Assembly: GCF_963921235.1 (NCBI RefSeq)
Contig: NC_086097.1
Location: 8,680,001 to 8,744,000 of the forward strand
DNA from: Mobula hypostoma
Taxonomy: Eukaryota
Reading direction: 5' to 3'
DNA length: 64,000 nt
The notes beneath the pieces are model-generated. The model was not told the DNA's origin and did not search any database. It saw only the letters and a list, made by a program, of their open reading frames with translations. This document shows positions 1 through 12,924 of this stretch, piece by piece. The first letter of the stretch is position 1, and each line of letters begins with the position of its first letter. The translations under genes were made by a program, and so were the position numbers.

Positions 1-134
1 TCAATGAGCTGATGTGAGTATAAGAGCACTAATCATATTAACTGTGGAGCATACTGATTGTTGTTACTGGGTCACTATGAACTAAACTTCAGAACCATCT
101 ATTTTCATCTCCCTGGCAATCACTTTGTTGACTA

Positions 135-437
135 GTGTAGCACAGTAGCGTAGTGTTTATTGTGACACTACTACAGCTTGGGGAGTTCTGGAGTTCAGAG
201 TTCAGTTTCAGCACTGTCTGTAAGGAGACTTTGTCTGTCCTCCCTGTGTAACGTATGGATTTTCCATGGGTCCTCTCATTTTCTCTCTCAGTCTGAAGAT
301 GTATCGGATAGGTTAAATGGTCATTATAAATTGTCCTGTGACGAGGTTAGGGTTAACCAGGGTTGTGTGGTTGCTGGGTAGCCTGGAAGGGCTGGAATTG
401 CCTACTCCACGCTCTATCACTTAAAAAAAATAAATAA
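135..437 (+). mobile_element. tRNA-derived V-SINE (HE1-like), degenerate
   Basis: tRNA-like head (cacagtagcgtagtg...gagttcag), degenerate V-domain (atggatttccatgggtcctctcattttctctctcagtctgaagat) and (TAAA)n tail; about 12 copies in the window. Confidence 0.8.
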
Positions 438-878
438 CTGGACTGACAAGTCCTGCTGGGTGTGTGCATTTGTTAGTCTAACAATAAAGAAAATGCTTTT
501 GGGTGGTCTCTCTAGTGAACACTCCCATCCAGATGTGGTTTTTGCTGGAGAAATAATATCCCCTCTGTGGAATCCACAGGGGCCTCAAATGAAGAGAGCA
601 TACTACCTTTCTTGACCCACTAAAAATACCAAGGATGAAATGATTATAACCAAAAGATTTTTAGCTCCCAGAGCTATGCGGTCACATCCACCTTTCTATA
701 AGGCAATTGAGGTTTTGAGGAGTTAGATGATGAGGATAGATCTGGGAGGTTACAGATAATTTTTAATAACAATTTTGACAAGTTTGTATAGTATTGTGGG
801 ATAGTTTTAATATTCTGTTTAATGATTTATATATTTTAGATTCCCAGGATTTATAGGGATTTTATTTTGAGTAAAAAA

Positions 879-1465
879 TGATCAGAATCAGGTTTAACAT
901 CCCTGACATATGACATTATTTGCTCATTTATTGCCATTTGTGTGACTTGTTCTGTTTTTTTTACATTTTGAGTGTTTGATGTTCTCTTTGGAAGGGTTCC
1001 ATAATGTTTCTTTGTTTCATGCCTGTCTGTGAAAAGATGGCCCTCAGGGCTATATACTGCATACTGTGTACACACTTTGATAATGAGAGTACTGTGACTG
1101 TGATATGTTATGAAGTTTATTGTTGTTGCATTACAGTACATTACGTAAAAAAAACCTTAAATTACCATATAAAGTACATATCAAAAAGAAAATAAATAAG
1201 AACTGCCAATAGAGAGGAAAAATAGTGAGTTAGTATTCATTGTATTCAGGTACCTCTTCACTGATGGTTACAATAAAAATAAGGCATATCCTGGGAGATG
1301 GGGGTTCTTAACGATGTTGTCTCTCTTGAGACACGACCTTCTGAGGATGTTCCAAATGCTGGGGAGGCAAAAGTTCATGATGGAACTGGCTGTGTTTGCA
1401 ACCCACTACAACTTTTTCGGATCCTCTGCAATGGTCCCTTCATACCAGGCAGTATTGCAACCATT
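879..1465 (-). mobile_element. Rex1/Babar-type LINE 3' fragment (interrupted)
   Basis: Reverse complement of the aaacctgattctgat tail at about 880; minus-strand CNTAWYEG..DPKKL matches the Rex1 ORF C-terminus. Confidence 0.65.
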
Positions 1466-1469
1466 TACA

Positions 1470-2105
1470 ATGCTCCTGTATATTATTGAAACCCAATGTA
1501 GGTTGGGAGACCACTTTGCTGGGCACCTACGCTCCAATGCCAGAAAAAGTGAGATTTCCCAGCGGCCACCCATTTTAATTCCACTTCCCATTCCTATTCC
1601 GATACGTCTATCTATGGCGCCTTTACTGACGTGATGAGGCCATACTCAGGTTGGAGAAACAACACCTTATATTCCGTCTGGGTAGTCTCCAACCTGATGG
1701 CATGGACATCAATTTCTCAAATTTCCTATTACGGTCCCCACCCTCCTTCACCATTCCCCATCCCCTTTTCCCTCTGTCACCTTATCACCTTCCTCTTTTC
1801 TCCCCTCTTTTCTCTCTTCCACGATCTTCTGTCCTCTCCTATTAGATTCCCCTTCTCAGTCCTGTACTTCTTTCAGCAATCAACTTCCCAGCTCTTTACT
1901 TCACCCCTCCGCCTCCTGGTTTCACCTTTCACCTTGTGTTTCTCTCTTTTCTCCCTCACCTTTTAAATCTACTCCTCATCTTTTTTCTTTCCAGTCCTGC
2001 TGAGGGGTCTCGGCCCGAAACGTCGACTGTTCTCTTTTCCATAGATGCTGCCTGGCCTGCTGAGTTCCTCCAGCATGTTGTGTGTGTGTTGCTTAGATTT
2101 CCAGT
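1470..2105 (+). mobile_element. Penelope-like element 3' fragment (GIY-YIG remnant plus pLTR-like end with hammerhead motif)
   Basis: LLYIIETQCRLGDHFAGHLRS and EKQHLIFRLGSLQPDGMDINFSNF, followed by a pyrimidine-rich tract and a hammerhead motif at 1992-2029. Confidence 0.9.
1992..2029 (+). ncRNA. Minimal type I hammerhead ribozyme motif (core mutated, CUGCUGA)
   Basis: CAGTC-CTGCTGA-GGGGTCTCGGCCC-GAAAC-GTC-GACTG; stem I CAGTC/GACTG, stem II GGG/CCC. Confidence 0.75.
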
Positions 2106-2289
2106 ATGTCTGTAGAAATTTGTAGAGATTTATTGTTGAAATAGTGTTAAATCAGCTGAAATCAGATTTGGATACCCTTGTGAGGAATTTGAATTGCTAG
2201 TTATGTAATGAGAGTTTATAGCTTATAGTGATTTTCAGGGCACTCTGAGAAGAGCTATTCCAATATTGTTATTACTGTGCTTTGGTTTT

Positions 2290-2578
2290 GATGCTCAATC
2301 TCTACATGGAGTATTGTCGCAAGAAAACAACATCCAACAACAAGAAGCTCCTCCACCCCGACCATGCGTTCTTTTCACTGCTGCCATCAGGAAGAAGGTA
2401 CTGGAGCCTCAGGCCCCAATCAACCAGTTTCAGGAACAGTTACTACCCCTCAAACATCAGACTCTTGAATCAGAGGGGATGACTTCACTCATCCCGATCA
2501 CTGAATTGTTCCCATAGCCTATGGACTCGCTTTCAAGGACTCTTCATCTCATCTTTTTGATAATCATTGCTTATTTGG

Positions 2579-2610
<32 letters not shown>

Positions 2611-2782
2611 TTTTTTCTTTTGTATTTGCAGTTTGTTGTCTTTTTCACCTTGGTTGCCTGTCCTAATGGGTATGGTCTTTCATTATGTTTTTGGATTTAC
2701 GAGTACGCCTGCAAGAAAACTAAACTTCGGTTGTATATTGTGACCTATGTGTACTTATATAATAAATGTAATTTGAACTTTG
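2290..2782 (+). mobile_element. Rex1/Babar-type LINE 3' fragment with (ATT)n microsatellite
   Basis: HPDHAFFSLLPSGRRYWSL...FRNSYYPSNIRLLN; 3' tail aataaatgtaatttgaactttga. Confidence 0.8.
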
Positions 2783-3156
2783 ATCTATGATGAAGAAAGT
2801 CAATAAGTATCAGGCAATTTGCCACTGTTCCAAGAAGAAGTTGGGCACTGTTACAAAGAATAGCAGTGCCTTCAAGTTGGAGAGAGCCTGTCTTTCTCAG
2901 TGTACTGGGTCTAGGATGGAGTGTTCATCGAAGCTGGCATGGGCCAGAATAAAAAGCACAGGTACCTGCTTGTTTGAAACTCTGAAAGAGAATTAGGTTA
3001 ATATTATTGTGATGAAGTTATTGTGATTAGTATTAAGTGGAAGTCCTTGTCAATTTGCATGAAGCTGAAGTCATCAAGTTATTGAACTCAGAGGAAAAGT
3101 CTAGGTGCTGGAAGAATATTAATGATTTAATAGCCAGCAAACTTAACATTATTCAC

Positions 3157-3432
3157 TTAGAGACACAGTGTGGTACAGGCCTATTGGGCTCAACAAGCCC
3201 TGCTGCCCAACTAACCACCTATTTTTAACCCCAGCCTTATCACAGGACAATTTACAATGACCAATTCACCCACTGACAGGAATGTCTTTGGACTGTAGGA
3301 GGAAATTGGAGCACCCAGAGGAAACCTACGACCAGTGGGATATACAAGCTCCCTACAGATGATGCCAGAATTGAGCTCCGGTCTTTGACGCCCGAAGCTG
3401 TAATGGTGTCACACTAATCACTACACCACCCT
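3157..3432 (-). mobile_element. V-SINE
   Basis: Reverse complement of the V-domain (gtctttggactgtaggaggaaattggagcacccagaggaaacc). Confidence 0.8.
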
Positions 3433-3944
3433 TACCTCAGACAAATAAGCAATCTCTGACAAGTGGTGCTTGATGGACGAGTCGGAGTTGTGCAGTGCTT
3501 CGTCTGAGACTTCTGTTACTGCAGATACAGATCCCTTTAGCAATGATAAGCAAACTGAAAGTAATTTTACAGGCCAGTGCTGGCTTAGTGCCCCTCTCAT
3601 ACATGCATTAGTTTTTAAGGTTATACAGTAACTATGAGAGATGAGAACTTCAAATGTTTCACCGGAGGTGTGGTAGATAATGTAGATTCAGATATTGTTT
3701 CAACCCATGAAGGCTCTGACAGGTAGTTCAACAACTGGAGAAGCAGGAGATTTGATACCTCACCCAGATACATATTGTGATAAGTTATTACAGGAACAGC
3801 ATTTGATTCATGGATTAATTAAGGTTTTTTTTTAAAGAGTCCAATTTTTTAAGCACCCACAGGGTTTAGAATCTATTTTAAGAATACTTATTTGAAAAGG
3901 GAGTTTGTTTTAAAAGTTAGCAATCCCTCAGTTTAAAAGCAAGG

Positions 3945-5930
3945 ATCCAGAGATCAAAACAATTAAGATATGGCCGCAGGAGGCAGAGGAACGGTTGCAG
4001 GATGCCTTAAGTTAGTGGACTGGGTCATGTTCAATAACTCATCTGAGAACCTGAATGACTACACCAGAGTTGTAACAGACTTCATTAAAACAGCTGTGGA
4101 TGAGTGTGTCCCCACAAAATCATTCAGGGTCTTCCCCAATCAGAAGCCTTGGATGAACCATCAAATCCTGAGAGCCAGATGAGAGACATTCAAGTCTGGA
4201 GATCAAGAGTGCTGCAAGAGGTGCAGGTATAACCACCGGAAAGTCATCTCGCAGGTGAAATGAAGATTCCGGACTAGACTGAAATCAACAAGTGATGCTT
4301 GACAGCTGTGACAGGGTTTGAATATCATAACCTCCTGCAAAGTTAAATCTTGCGACATAGGGAACAGCAGATCTTCACTTCCAGATGAGTTCAATGCCTT
4401 CTATCCTTACTTTGATCACCAAAACAGGGAGGAACTATTGCATACCCATGCCTCCCGATGATCCTTTGCTATCCGTATCAGAAGATGACGGGCAGGTTGC
4501 CTTCAGGAGAGTGAATCCAAGGACAGAGTATTTAGCTGAGTACTCAAGATCTGTGCTGTCCAACTGGCTGGCATATTTATGGATATCTTCAACCTTTTGC
4601 TCTAGTAGTGTGTGGTAGCCACCTGCTTCGAGCAGGCCTAAGTCATACTGATGCCCAAGAAGAGCGCGATAACTTGCCTAAGAAGAGCAGTGTGTGCTGT
4701 CTCAACAACCATCATCCAGTCGTGCTCAGATCTACGGTGATAAAATGCTTCGAGAGGTTGCTCACGGCTAGAATCAGCACCTCTTTGAGGAAAGACCTTG
4801 ACCCACTGCAATTGTCCTATCGCCACAATAGGTCAACAGCAGAGACGATCTCAATGGCTCTCCACGCAGCCTTGGATCACCTGGACAATGCAAGTTCCTA
4901 TGTTCAGGATGCTGTTTATTAACTGTAGCTCAGCATTTCACCATCATTCCTACAGTCCTGATCAAAAAGCTACAAAACCTAGGCCTCTGCACCTCCATCT
5001 GCAACTGGATCCTTGACTTCCTAACTGGAAGACCACAATCTCTGCAGATTGGAAATAATATCTCCACCTTGCCGATAATTAACATTGGCGCTCCACAGAG
5101 ATGTGTGCTTAGCCCACTGCTCTACTCTCTCTACACCCATGACTGGGTCATAGCTCAAATACCATCTATAAATTTGCTGATGATACAACCATTGTTGTCA
5201 GAATCTCAGGTTGAGAAGAAAGAGCATACAGAAACAAGATATATCAGTTTGTTGAGTGATGTCACAGCAACAACCTTGCATTCCACGCCAGCAAGACAAA
5301 AGATCTGACTGTACACTTCAGAAAGGGTAAGCTGAAGAAGCACACATCAGTATCCAAAGAGGGATCAGAAGTGGAACAAGTTCCTGGGTGCCAATACCTT
5401 TGGGGAACTAACCTGGACCCAACATTTTGATGCAGCTACAAAAAAGGCAAGAGAGCTGCTATATTTCATTAGGAATTTGTGGAGATTTGGTATGTCACCA
5501 AAGAAACTCGCAGATTTCTACAGGTGTACACCGCAAAGCGTTCAAACTGGCTGCATCACCATCTGGTATGGTTTGTGGGGGTGGAGATTGAAGTAAGCTG
5601 CAGAGAGTTGTAAACTTAGTCAGCTCCATCATGGGCACCAGCCTCCATAGTGTACAAAACATCTTCACGGAGCGATGTCTTAACAAGGCTGTGTTGATTA
5701 TTAAGAACCCCCATCACCCAGGTTATGCCTTGATCTCATTGCTATCATCAGGAAGGAGGTACAAAAGCTTAAAGGCATACATTCAACGATTCAGGAACGG
5801 CTTCTTCCTGACTGTCATCCAATTTCTGAATGGATATTGAACCCATGAACACTTCCTCTCTACTTCTTTATTTCCATGTTTGCACTACTAATTTAATTTA
5901 ACTATTTAATATATATTATTAAAATTAACT
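3945..5930 (+). mobile_element. Rex1/Babar LINE, degenerate RT-containing fragment
   Basis: [92 protein letters not shown]; many stops and frameshifts. Confidence 0.9.
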
Positions 5931-5939
5931 ATATATTTT

Positions 5940-7345
5940 TGCTGTTTGGCATTGGCTTGAACCCCTTCAGCTGGATCATCTCAAGAGTGGATATGGTACA
6001 GATTCAAGAGTGGAGTGGCCATCAGCCACCTCCTGCACATGGATGACGTCACGCCATATGCCAGAAATGAAAGAAACTCTAATCCACCAGTCAAGTGTGC
6101 ACAGGATATCGGGATGTCATCTGGACTAGAAAAGTGAAGCCGGATGGTAGTGAAAAGAGGCAAACTCATCAAGACTGGAGGAATAGAATTACCCAAGGGC
6201 CACATACCAGATGTACAGGACAGCTACAAATACCTGTGGAACCCTGCAGGTGCATAGAAACCACAATGAAGATGCAAGGAAGGCTGTAACATTCAAGTAC
6301 CTCCAAAGAGTGACAGGTCCTAAACAGCCAGCTGAATTGGAAGAACAAGAGCAGAGCCATCAACACATTCGCCCTGCCAGTCATCAGATACCCAAACACA
6401 ATAGTGTGCTGGCCAACGAATGAACCGGAAGCCGCTGATATCAAGACGTGGAAACTATTAACAATATATGGAGGATTCCACCCAAAGTCCAATTCGAGCG
6501 ACTGTACATTCACCAGAATAAAGGAAGACTGGGGCGTGGAAGTGTCAAGGCCACAGTCCTGGAAGAAATGCAAAGCATCCATGAGTATATCAGGAAGGTG
6601 GCCCCTAAGGAGGACCTGCTAGGAGAATACCTCAGGAAGCAGGCAGGGCATATGGAAATGGAAGTGGGTGAAGCAGAGTCAGAGGATCAGAGGCCATGGT
6701 AGGACAAGCCACTGCGCGGGATGTACCATCATCACCAGATATCAGAGGTGGCTGACATAAGAAAGTCCTACTGACTGTAAATGGCAGGGCTGAGGGACAG
6801 CACTGAGGCGCTGCTCTTGGCTGCTCAAGACCAGGATCTAAACATAAGGACAATAGAAGCAGGCAAACCCAAGATCCACTCCAGACAAACCCAAGATGCA
6901 GACTGCGCAAGGAATCTGCTGAAACCATCCAGCACACTGTAGCAGGGTGCAAGATTGTGGGGAATGACAGAGACAAGATCCTGTGGGACTTCCAAATGAA
7001 GACTGATAAGCAGGTACTGGCCAACCAACCAGACATAGTAATACTGGACAAGGAAGCAATGTTAATTAATATGGCAATCCTGAACGACAGTATCATCAGG
7101 AAGAAAGAATGTGAGAAGTAGGAGAAATACCAGGGCTTGAAAGAACAGATAGAAAGGATGTGGAAGGTTAAAGCCAGAGTAATCTTGGTGGTGATAGGAG
7201 TACTTGGAGCTGTGACGCCTGGACTGGGAGAGTGACAACAACAAATCCTGGGAACAACATCTGAGATTTCAGTACAGAAGAGCGCACTACTAGGAACAAC
7301 ATGGATACTGCGCCAAGGTCTCTGGTAGAGGACTCAAGATTGAGG
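5940..7345 (+). mobile_element. R4/Dong-clade non-LTR retrotransposon 3' part (RT end, CCHC, REL endonuclease), decayed
   Basis: HLLHMDD (RT), DIKTWKLLTIYGGFHPKS, ETIQHTVAGCK, ILWDFQMKTDKQVLANQPDIVILDK, VVIGVLGAV, QKSALLGT. Confidence 0.85.
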
Positions 7346-7349
7346 GACT

Positions 7350-7588
7350 AAAACTGCGCTGCTCCAAAGAGCACTATGTGAAACCATTCTTACCCTCGGC
7401 CATTAGACTCTACAATGAGTCAACCTATCGTCGGGGAAGTGATGACCCCTCTCCTGTTGGACTGTTTATGGTAACCTATTTTTTTTATTCTTTCTGCTTC
7501 TTTTCTAATATTTATATCTGTGCAATGGTAATGCTTCTGTGACATTGTAATTTTCTCTGGGATCAATAAAGTATCTATCTATCTATCT
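7350..7588 (+). mobile_element. Rex1-type LINE extreme 3' end with (ATCT)n tail
   Basis: PFLPSAIRLYNES then gggatcaataaagtatctatctatctatct. Confidence 0.65.
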
Positions 7589-7589
7589 A

Positions 7590-8640
7590 ACTTGCAGACC
7601 CCAGTTAGGCAAAAACATCTCCTCCACAATCTCCATCAGCACAGGAGCACCATGGGGATGTGTACTTAGCCCCCTGCTCTACTTGCTTTACACCTATGAC
7701 CATGTGGATAACTACGCCTCCGACACCATTTACAAGTTTGCTGATGGCACCACTGTTGTGGGCTGTATCAAAGGGGGTGATGATCCAGCATACAGGAGGG
7801 AGATTGAAAATTTGGCTGAGTGGTGTCATAACAACAACCTCTCACTCAATGTCAATAAGACCAAGGAACTGATTGTAGACTTCAGGAGGGGGAAACTGGA
7901 GATCTATGAGTTAGTAATCATTAGAAGATCAGAGGTGGAGAGGGTCAGTAGCTTTAAATTCCTGGGTGTCACTATCTCAAAGGACGTGTCCTGGACCAAT
8001 CATATAAATATAACTACTCAACTTCTTTAGGAGTCTCCGGAGGTTCAGCATGTCATCAAAAATTTGGCAAGCTTCTACAGATGTGTGGTGGAATGTGTGC
8101 TGACTGTCTACATTACGGCCTGGTATGGGAACACCAATGCCTTTGAATGGAAAATCCTACAAAAAGTAGTGGAGTCGGCCCAGTACGTCACGGGTAAAGC
8201 CCTCCTAACCATTGAGCACATCAACGTGAAACATTGCCGTAGAAAAAACAGCATCCATCATCAAAGATCCTCACCACCCAGGCCATGTTCTTTTCTCGCT
8301 GCTGCCATCAGGTAGAAGATACCAGTGGCCTCAGGACTCACACCACCAGGTTTAAGAACAGTTACTACCCCTCAACAATCAGGCTCTTCAATAAAAGGGG
8401 ATAACTACACTTAATCTATTTTAGTGTTCCAACAACCAATGGTTTCACCTTAAGAACACGTTTTTTTCATTTCATTATTCATTGCTATTTATTTATGTGT
8501 GCATTTGTGCATTTTGTTGTCCATTGATTCTGTTTAGTTACTGTTCTATATTTTTGCTAAATATGCCCACAGGAAAAGCAATCTTGGGGTTCTATGTGGT
8601 GACATGTATGTACTCTGACAATAAATTTTACTTTGAATTT
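7590..8640 (+). mobile_element. Rex1/Babar LINE 3' fragment
   Basis: IYKFADGTTVVG...WCHNNNLSLNVNKTKELIVDFR; ITAWYGN...LQKVVESAQ; 3' tail. Confidence 0.9.
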
Positions 8641-9967
8641 CTAACTTTGAGATTCATCCTGCAATGTAGTGTAACTCAGGTTAATTAAACTCAAAGAAGT
8701 AACATTTGAAACTTTCACCTGTGGAGGGATGAAAACTAGATTTACCAATTTAAAAAAAAAGAGAACTTGAGAATTAAGAGCTATGCGAGAACGAGGCGTA
8801 ACTGACCGGGCGTGGACAAGCGACAGAAATGCAGCAAACTATAGAAACTAACTAAAGATATAAACTGTTAAAAGTGGATCTAGAAGTTAGTACCTCTACC
8901 CTACTTGTCGGAAATCCTCAGGGTGAAACCCTTGGAGGAGAGACGATATTGATAAAAGATTTATTGAAGCTACGGCTATAACGAGTATCAATGGTAGCGA
9001 GACAATATTGGCAGAGAACTGTATCCAAGATCTCTACCATGTAACTGGGAGATAATTCTGTTAAATCATACCAAGGGGATTTGGTGAGTTTAAGCACTTT
9101 AACTGTTCTGAGTGTATAATTTGTGTTGAAATAAGCTCAGTAGTGTTGTTACTGAGAAATGTTTGGATATGTCAATGTGATATTGAGTTATTTTGAAATA
9201 GAAAATAGAATATGTATGAGAACTTACAGACTGTTATCCTGTTGTATAGAGGTCAGGGTTGTTTCTGAGCATGTATTATGAATCAGCTTTCCGTGGAGGA
9301 CCCACTACTTCATCCAACAAACCCAGAAACAAGACGGTGAGCCACCCAAGATCGAAGAACGAGTGCACAAATGAAATGTTTCAAGATATAGAGGGTTTAA
9401 GTTAATTTCTCATTCAAAGAATCTTGATTTTTTTGGAAAGACTACTTATTTTACAAGAACTTTGATAAGAGACTGAATGAGATTTGCTTTGTTTAAAAGT
9501 TGTGATGTTGGAGAATGAGTCAGGAAAGGAGTTAAGCTGTATATATTTTCTTCTGGGGAGGGGTTGAATTTTGAATTTGTCAACATACTGACCTGAACTG
9601 AAATTGAAATTAACCATAATACTTAACAATAGGAATTCAATTAGTTTTGCAATTAACTGGGGATAAATAAAAAGGAAAGGTCAGTCTGTAAACCTTTAAA
9701 TAGAGAATGACACTAGATCTAATTAGTTAGAGAAAATGGAGTACTAAAGGTTATTCTAATGAATCTCACTGATTCTAACTAAAAAGAAATTTGGCTTTTG
9801 TTGATATCTGAGATTTGGAACCTAAGACAGGAATGTTAGAATTTTGAATTGTTCTTATTCATGTAAATATATTGTATATATATTGTTTTTTTTATGAAAA
9901 AAACTTACTTCCAGTAAGTTAGAGGAACTCAGCAGGCCAGGCAGTATCTATGGAAAAGAGTAAACAA

Positions 9968-10078
9968 TGTTTGTGTGTGTGTGTATATCTGTGTATATGT
10001 ATGTGTCTGCATATGTATGTATATGTGTGTGTGTGTGTGTGTATGTGTATATATATATATACACACACATACATACAC
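9968..10078. repeat. Compound (TG)n/(TA)n/(CA)n microsatellite
   Basis: Directly visible dinucleotide runs. Confidence 0.9.
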
Positions 10079-10924
10079 TTCTTATGTTAATTTACAGTTT
10101 TATTATTATGTGTTGCAATGTACTGCTGCCACATAACAATTTTCATGACATAAGCCAAAGATATTTAACCTGATTCTGATTCCACCATACCAGTCGCCTC
10201 AGACTCCTGATGATATATAGCCTCTGTCATGCCTTCTTTGTAATTACATCAATAGGATGGGCCCAGGTTAGATCCTCAGAGATTTGGATTCTGATATTTT
10301 ACCACCTACTCTTGTTTGGGATGGATGAAGTTTTCACTGGGGATGGACATATTTTATTCGACTTGCTTTGGCCACTACTGATGACAGTGTCCTTGTGAGA
10401 CGCATGTCTAAAATCCAAGATGATAGGGAGGAGAGGGTTTAAATCTGGGTGCCAGGAAGGCCTGATAAACTCAAATGGGAGATTATGCCAATCCCAAGAA
10501 TGTGCAAGGAAAATGTAAGGGCCCATGCTGGTCACCTTATGGGTGGACAAACTAATCCTGTTGGCAATTCATAATTCAGAAGATCATTCTGATATTGGAA
10601 AAGTTAGGTTTTGCCTAGCTCAGACTAATGAGGAAAACCTTTTAAGTAATATTAGTGTAATCAAGATTAAAGACAAATTTGTTGTTTTATTAAAGACACC
10701 AGAGTTAGTTGACAGCATAGCTGCAGAGGAGGTTTAAACAATGGGCATTGGCACGTTAGCATAATTATATTTCTCTTAGGTTTGTACAGTACGGCATCAG
10801 CACATGTTGAGAATAACTATGCTGACCTTAAATGAACCAATTAAATTGCAAAATGTCTTCTTACAATCAACAGCATGTTATTGAGACTGTCTGTAGTGAT
10901 CTTGACATGTTAATTGGCTGATGT

Positions 10925-11305
10925 GGTCCCGCTAAGAGGTAGGCCCTCTGTTCATCTGGGTTTACCATGGATTTTGTGTCCAAGCTGTCTGCGTAAGTCA
11001 GGACAGTACAATAAGGAGAACAAGGTGTTATCCATGCCACAGACTCCCCTTCTCCATGCTGCTGATGAATCCAAATGAACGGCAGAAGCAGATACAGTTT
11101 GGCAGCAGTGGCATTGCAGGAGTTGCCAGTCACTGCTGGACACACTGTTAGGAATGCCTTTGGGACTCCAACTATGGATTTTCCTCAGGGTTTACTCCTG
11201 AAGCCACCCCCGTGAATGGATATAGCCACAAGGCAGCAGAATTTGAGATCAGAGTTTTTCTTCTTCTAGACGGGCTGCCGACCACATCTGATGAGCCCCA
11301 TCTGC
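10925..11305 (-). mobile_element. Non-autonomous RTE-related short element
   Basis: Homologous to 21195-21665; carries the agatggg...cccgtctagaagaagaaaaactctga motif, which resembles RTE 5' regions. Confidence 0.55.
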
Positions 11306-11309
11306 AGTC

Positions 11310-12147
11310 AAAGTTTAAGTTCACAGTATATTTATTCTCAAAGAATACATCAGCTATACACCTTGAGATTTGTTTTCTTACAGGCAGCCACAAAAAAAAG
11401 AATCATGAACAACCCAAATTTAAAAAAAAAGACAATAACCAGTGTGCTGAGAAAGAGGGGAAAGCACACACACACGTCATGCAAACAATAGGAGCTAATG
11501 ACAGCATTCTGAACCAGACTGTGTCCTTAGATCTGCTCCCTAGGGCAGCTGCAGAAGGCCCAAGCCCTGATCTCAGTTCATCATATTAGTGTGGCAAAAA
11601 CACCGTGAAACTCGCAGAGATGACAACTGCTGGAACAGTTTACAGCCTTGGACGTGCAGATAGGGGGATGAACATCGTGGGACGACAAGCACCACGCACC
11701 CCCCCCCCAACTCCAGTCCTGACGCTCGGGCTTTCCAGTTACCTGGACCAGCATTTAAATTGTCCAGTCACCGGGTAGTTAGTGCTTCATTCTAGGAACC
11801 GGACCCAGTCACAGCAAGACACACTAGGCCGCACTACCTAAAACCATTCTCAACCTCATCAACTTGGCTCAGCACTTGAAGCGATCAAACTTGACCCGGG
11901 TTAGGCGGACAGGTATCGAAACTGTTCCACATCGACTCCTCTCCAAATCACCCTGTGCTTCGGCTTTGCGATACACCAGCATGGCTCATCCCTTGAATCA
12001 TCTTCTTCTCTGCTTGCTTCTTCATTCTTTGTCACAATAGTTGGCCATAATTTACTTCAGAAAAGGTATTGTTAGTTATGTTTTTAGTCAGATATCTTGC
12101 CTTCAGTAAGCTGTTACACATTTCAGTAGCGCCATCTTAAACCAGAA
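11310..12147 (-). mobile_element. About 850-bp non-autonomous element with tctggtttaagatggcgc start and Rex1-type 3' tail
   Basis: 5' start and 3' tail (tggctgcctgtaag...aaatctcaagg...aataaa...gaactt) are shared with 42182-43085. Confidence 0.55.
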
Positions 12148-12149
12148 AT

Positions 12150-12309
12150 GGTTTCACATAGTGTTTTTATAGCAAGATACAGAAATAGGTTGCCAGGCCT
12201 TTCTTCTGCATAGATACTGCCGCTGCCCAGGTTGGGACACGGCTGGGCTCGAACTCAGGGCCATTTGCCGTGAAGTCCCGTGCTGATGCCACTACACCAC
12301 CAGCCAGTC
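12150..12309 (-). mobile_element. tRNA-derived SINE
   Basis: Minus strand gactggctggtggtgtagtggcatcagc...gagttcgagccc gives A and B boxes. Confidence 0.7.
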
Positions 12310-12469
12310 ATCCTAAAAGGTTTCACCCTGAAATGTTCCAAAGAGATTTTTTTATGTATAACCAGTTGGGTTGTCATCAAAGTATTGCAGATAAGTAGCC
12401 AAGGAAATCTGATAGATCCCAGTCAGTAGTTTTTAAAAACTGACGAAGGTAAAGCTCTCGACTCTATGA

Positions 12470-12912
12470 ATGGGGGAAAACCCGGCAAGTGGAGTCTGAA
12501 GTGTGAGGTCATGCACCTCGCCAAGAGTCAAAAGGAAGACTACTATTATTAAGGTGGAGAGAGGCTGCAAATGAGTGAAGTTCAGAGGGATCAAGATGTT
12601 CCAGTGCATGAACCACACCAAGTTAGCAGACAGATCCAACCAATAGTTTAAAAAATGGCATGTTGGTCTTTATTGTAGAGGGTGTTGTGTTTAAGAATAA
12701 GGAAGCTATATAACAGTTCTGTAGGGTATTGGTGAGGCCAGACTTGAAATAATGTTTAGTTTTAGTCCCCTCACCTAAAAAGGGATATAGCAGCACTGAA
12801 GACAGTCCAGAAAGTTGATGTATCATCAGAGGCTTGGTCTGTATTCCTTGGAGTTTAGAATGAGGGGGACCTTAATCAAGCATAAATGATCCTAAGGCGA
12901 TTTGACAAGCTA
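12470..12912 (+). mobile_element. Old CR1 LINE fragment
   Basis: Degenerate KCEVMH and LVRPDLK motifs matching the CR1 ORF2 C-terminal region. Confidence 0.7.
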
Positions 12913-12924
12913 GGTGTCAGGGTG

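Noticed and set aside
640..830. Possible L1/Tx1 ORF2 C-terminal relic
   Set aside because: Only scattered residues (KR..HPP..DKF) across frameshifts; too degraded to support.
9287..9342. Possible micro-exon ending in ACG/GTGAGC
   Set aside because: No polypyrimidine tract at the acceptor; peptide not recognised.
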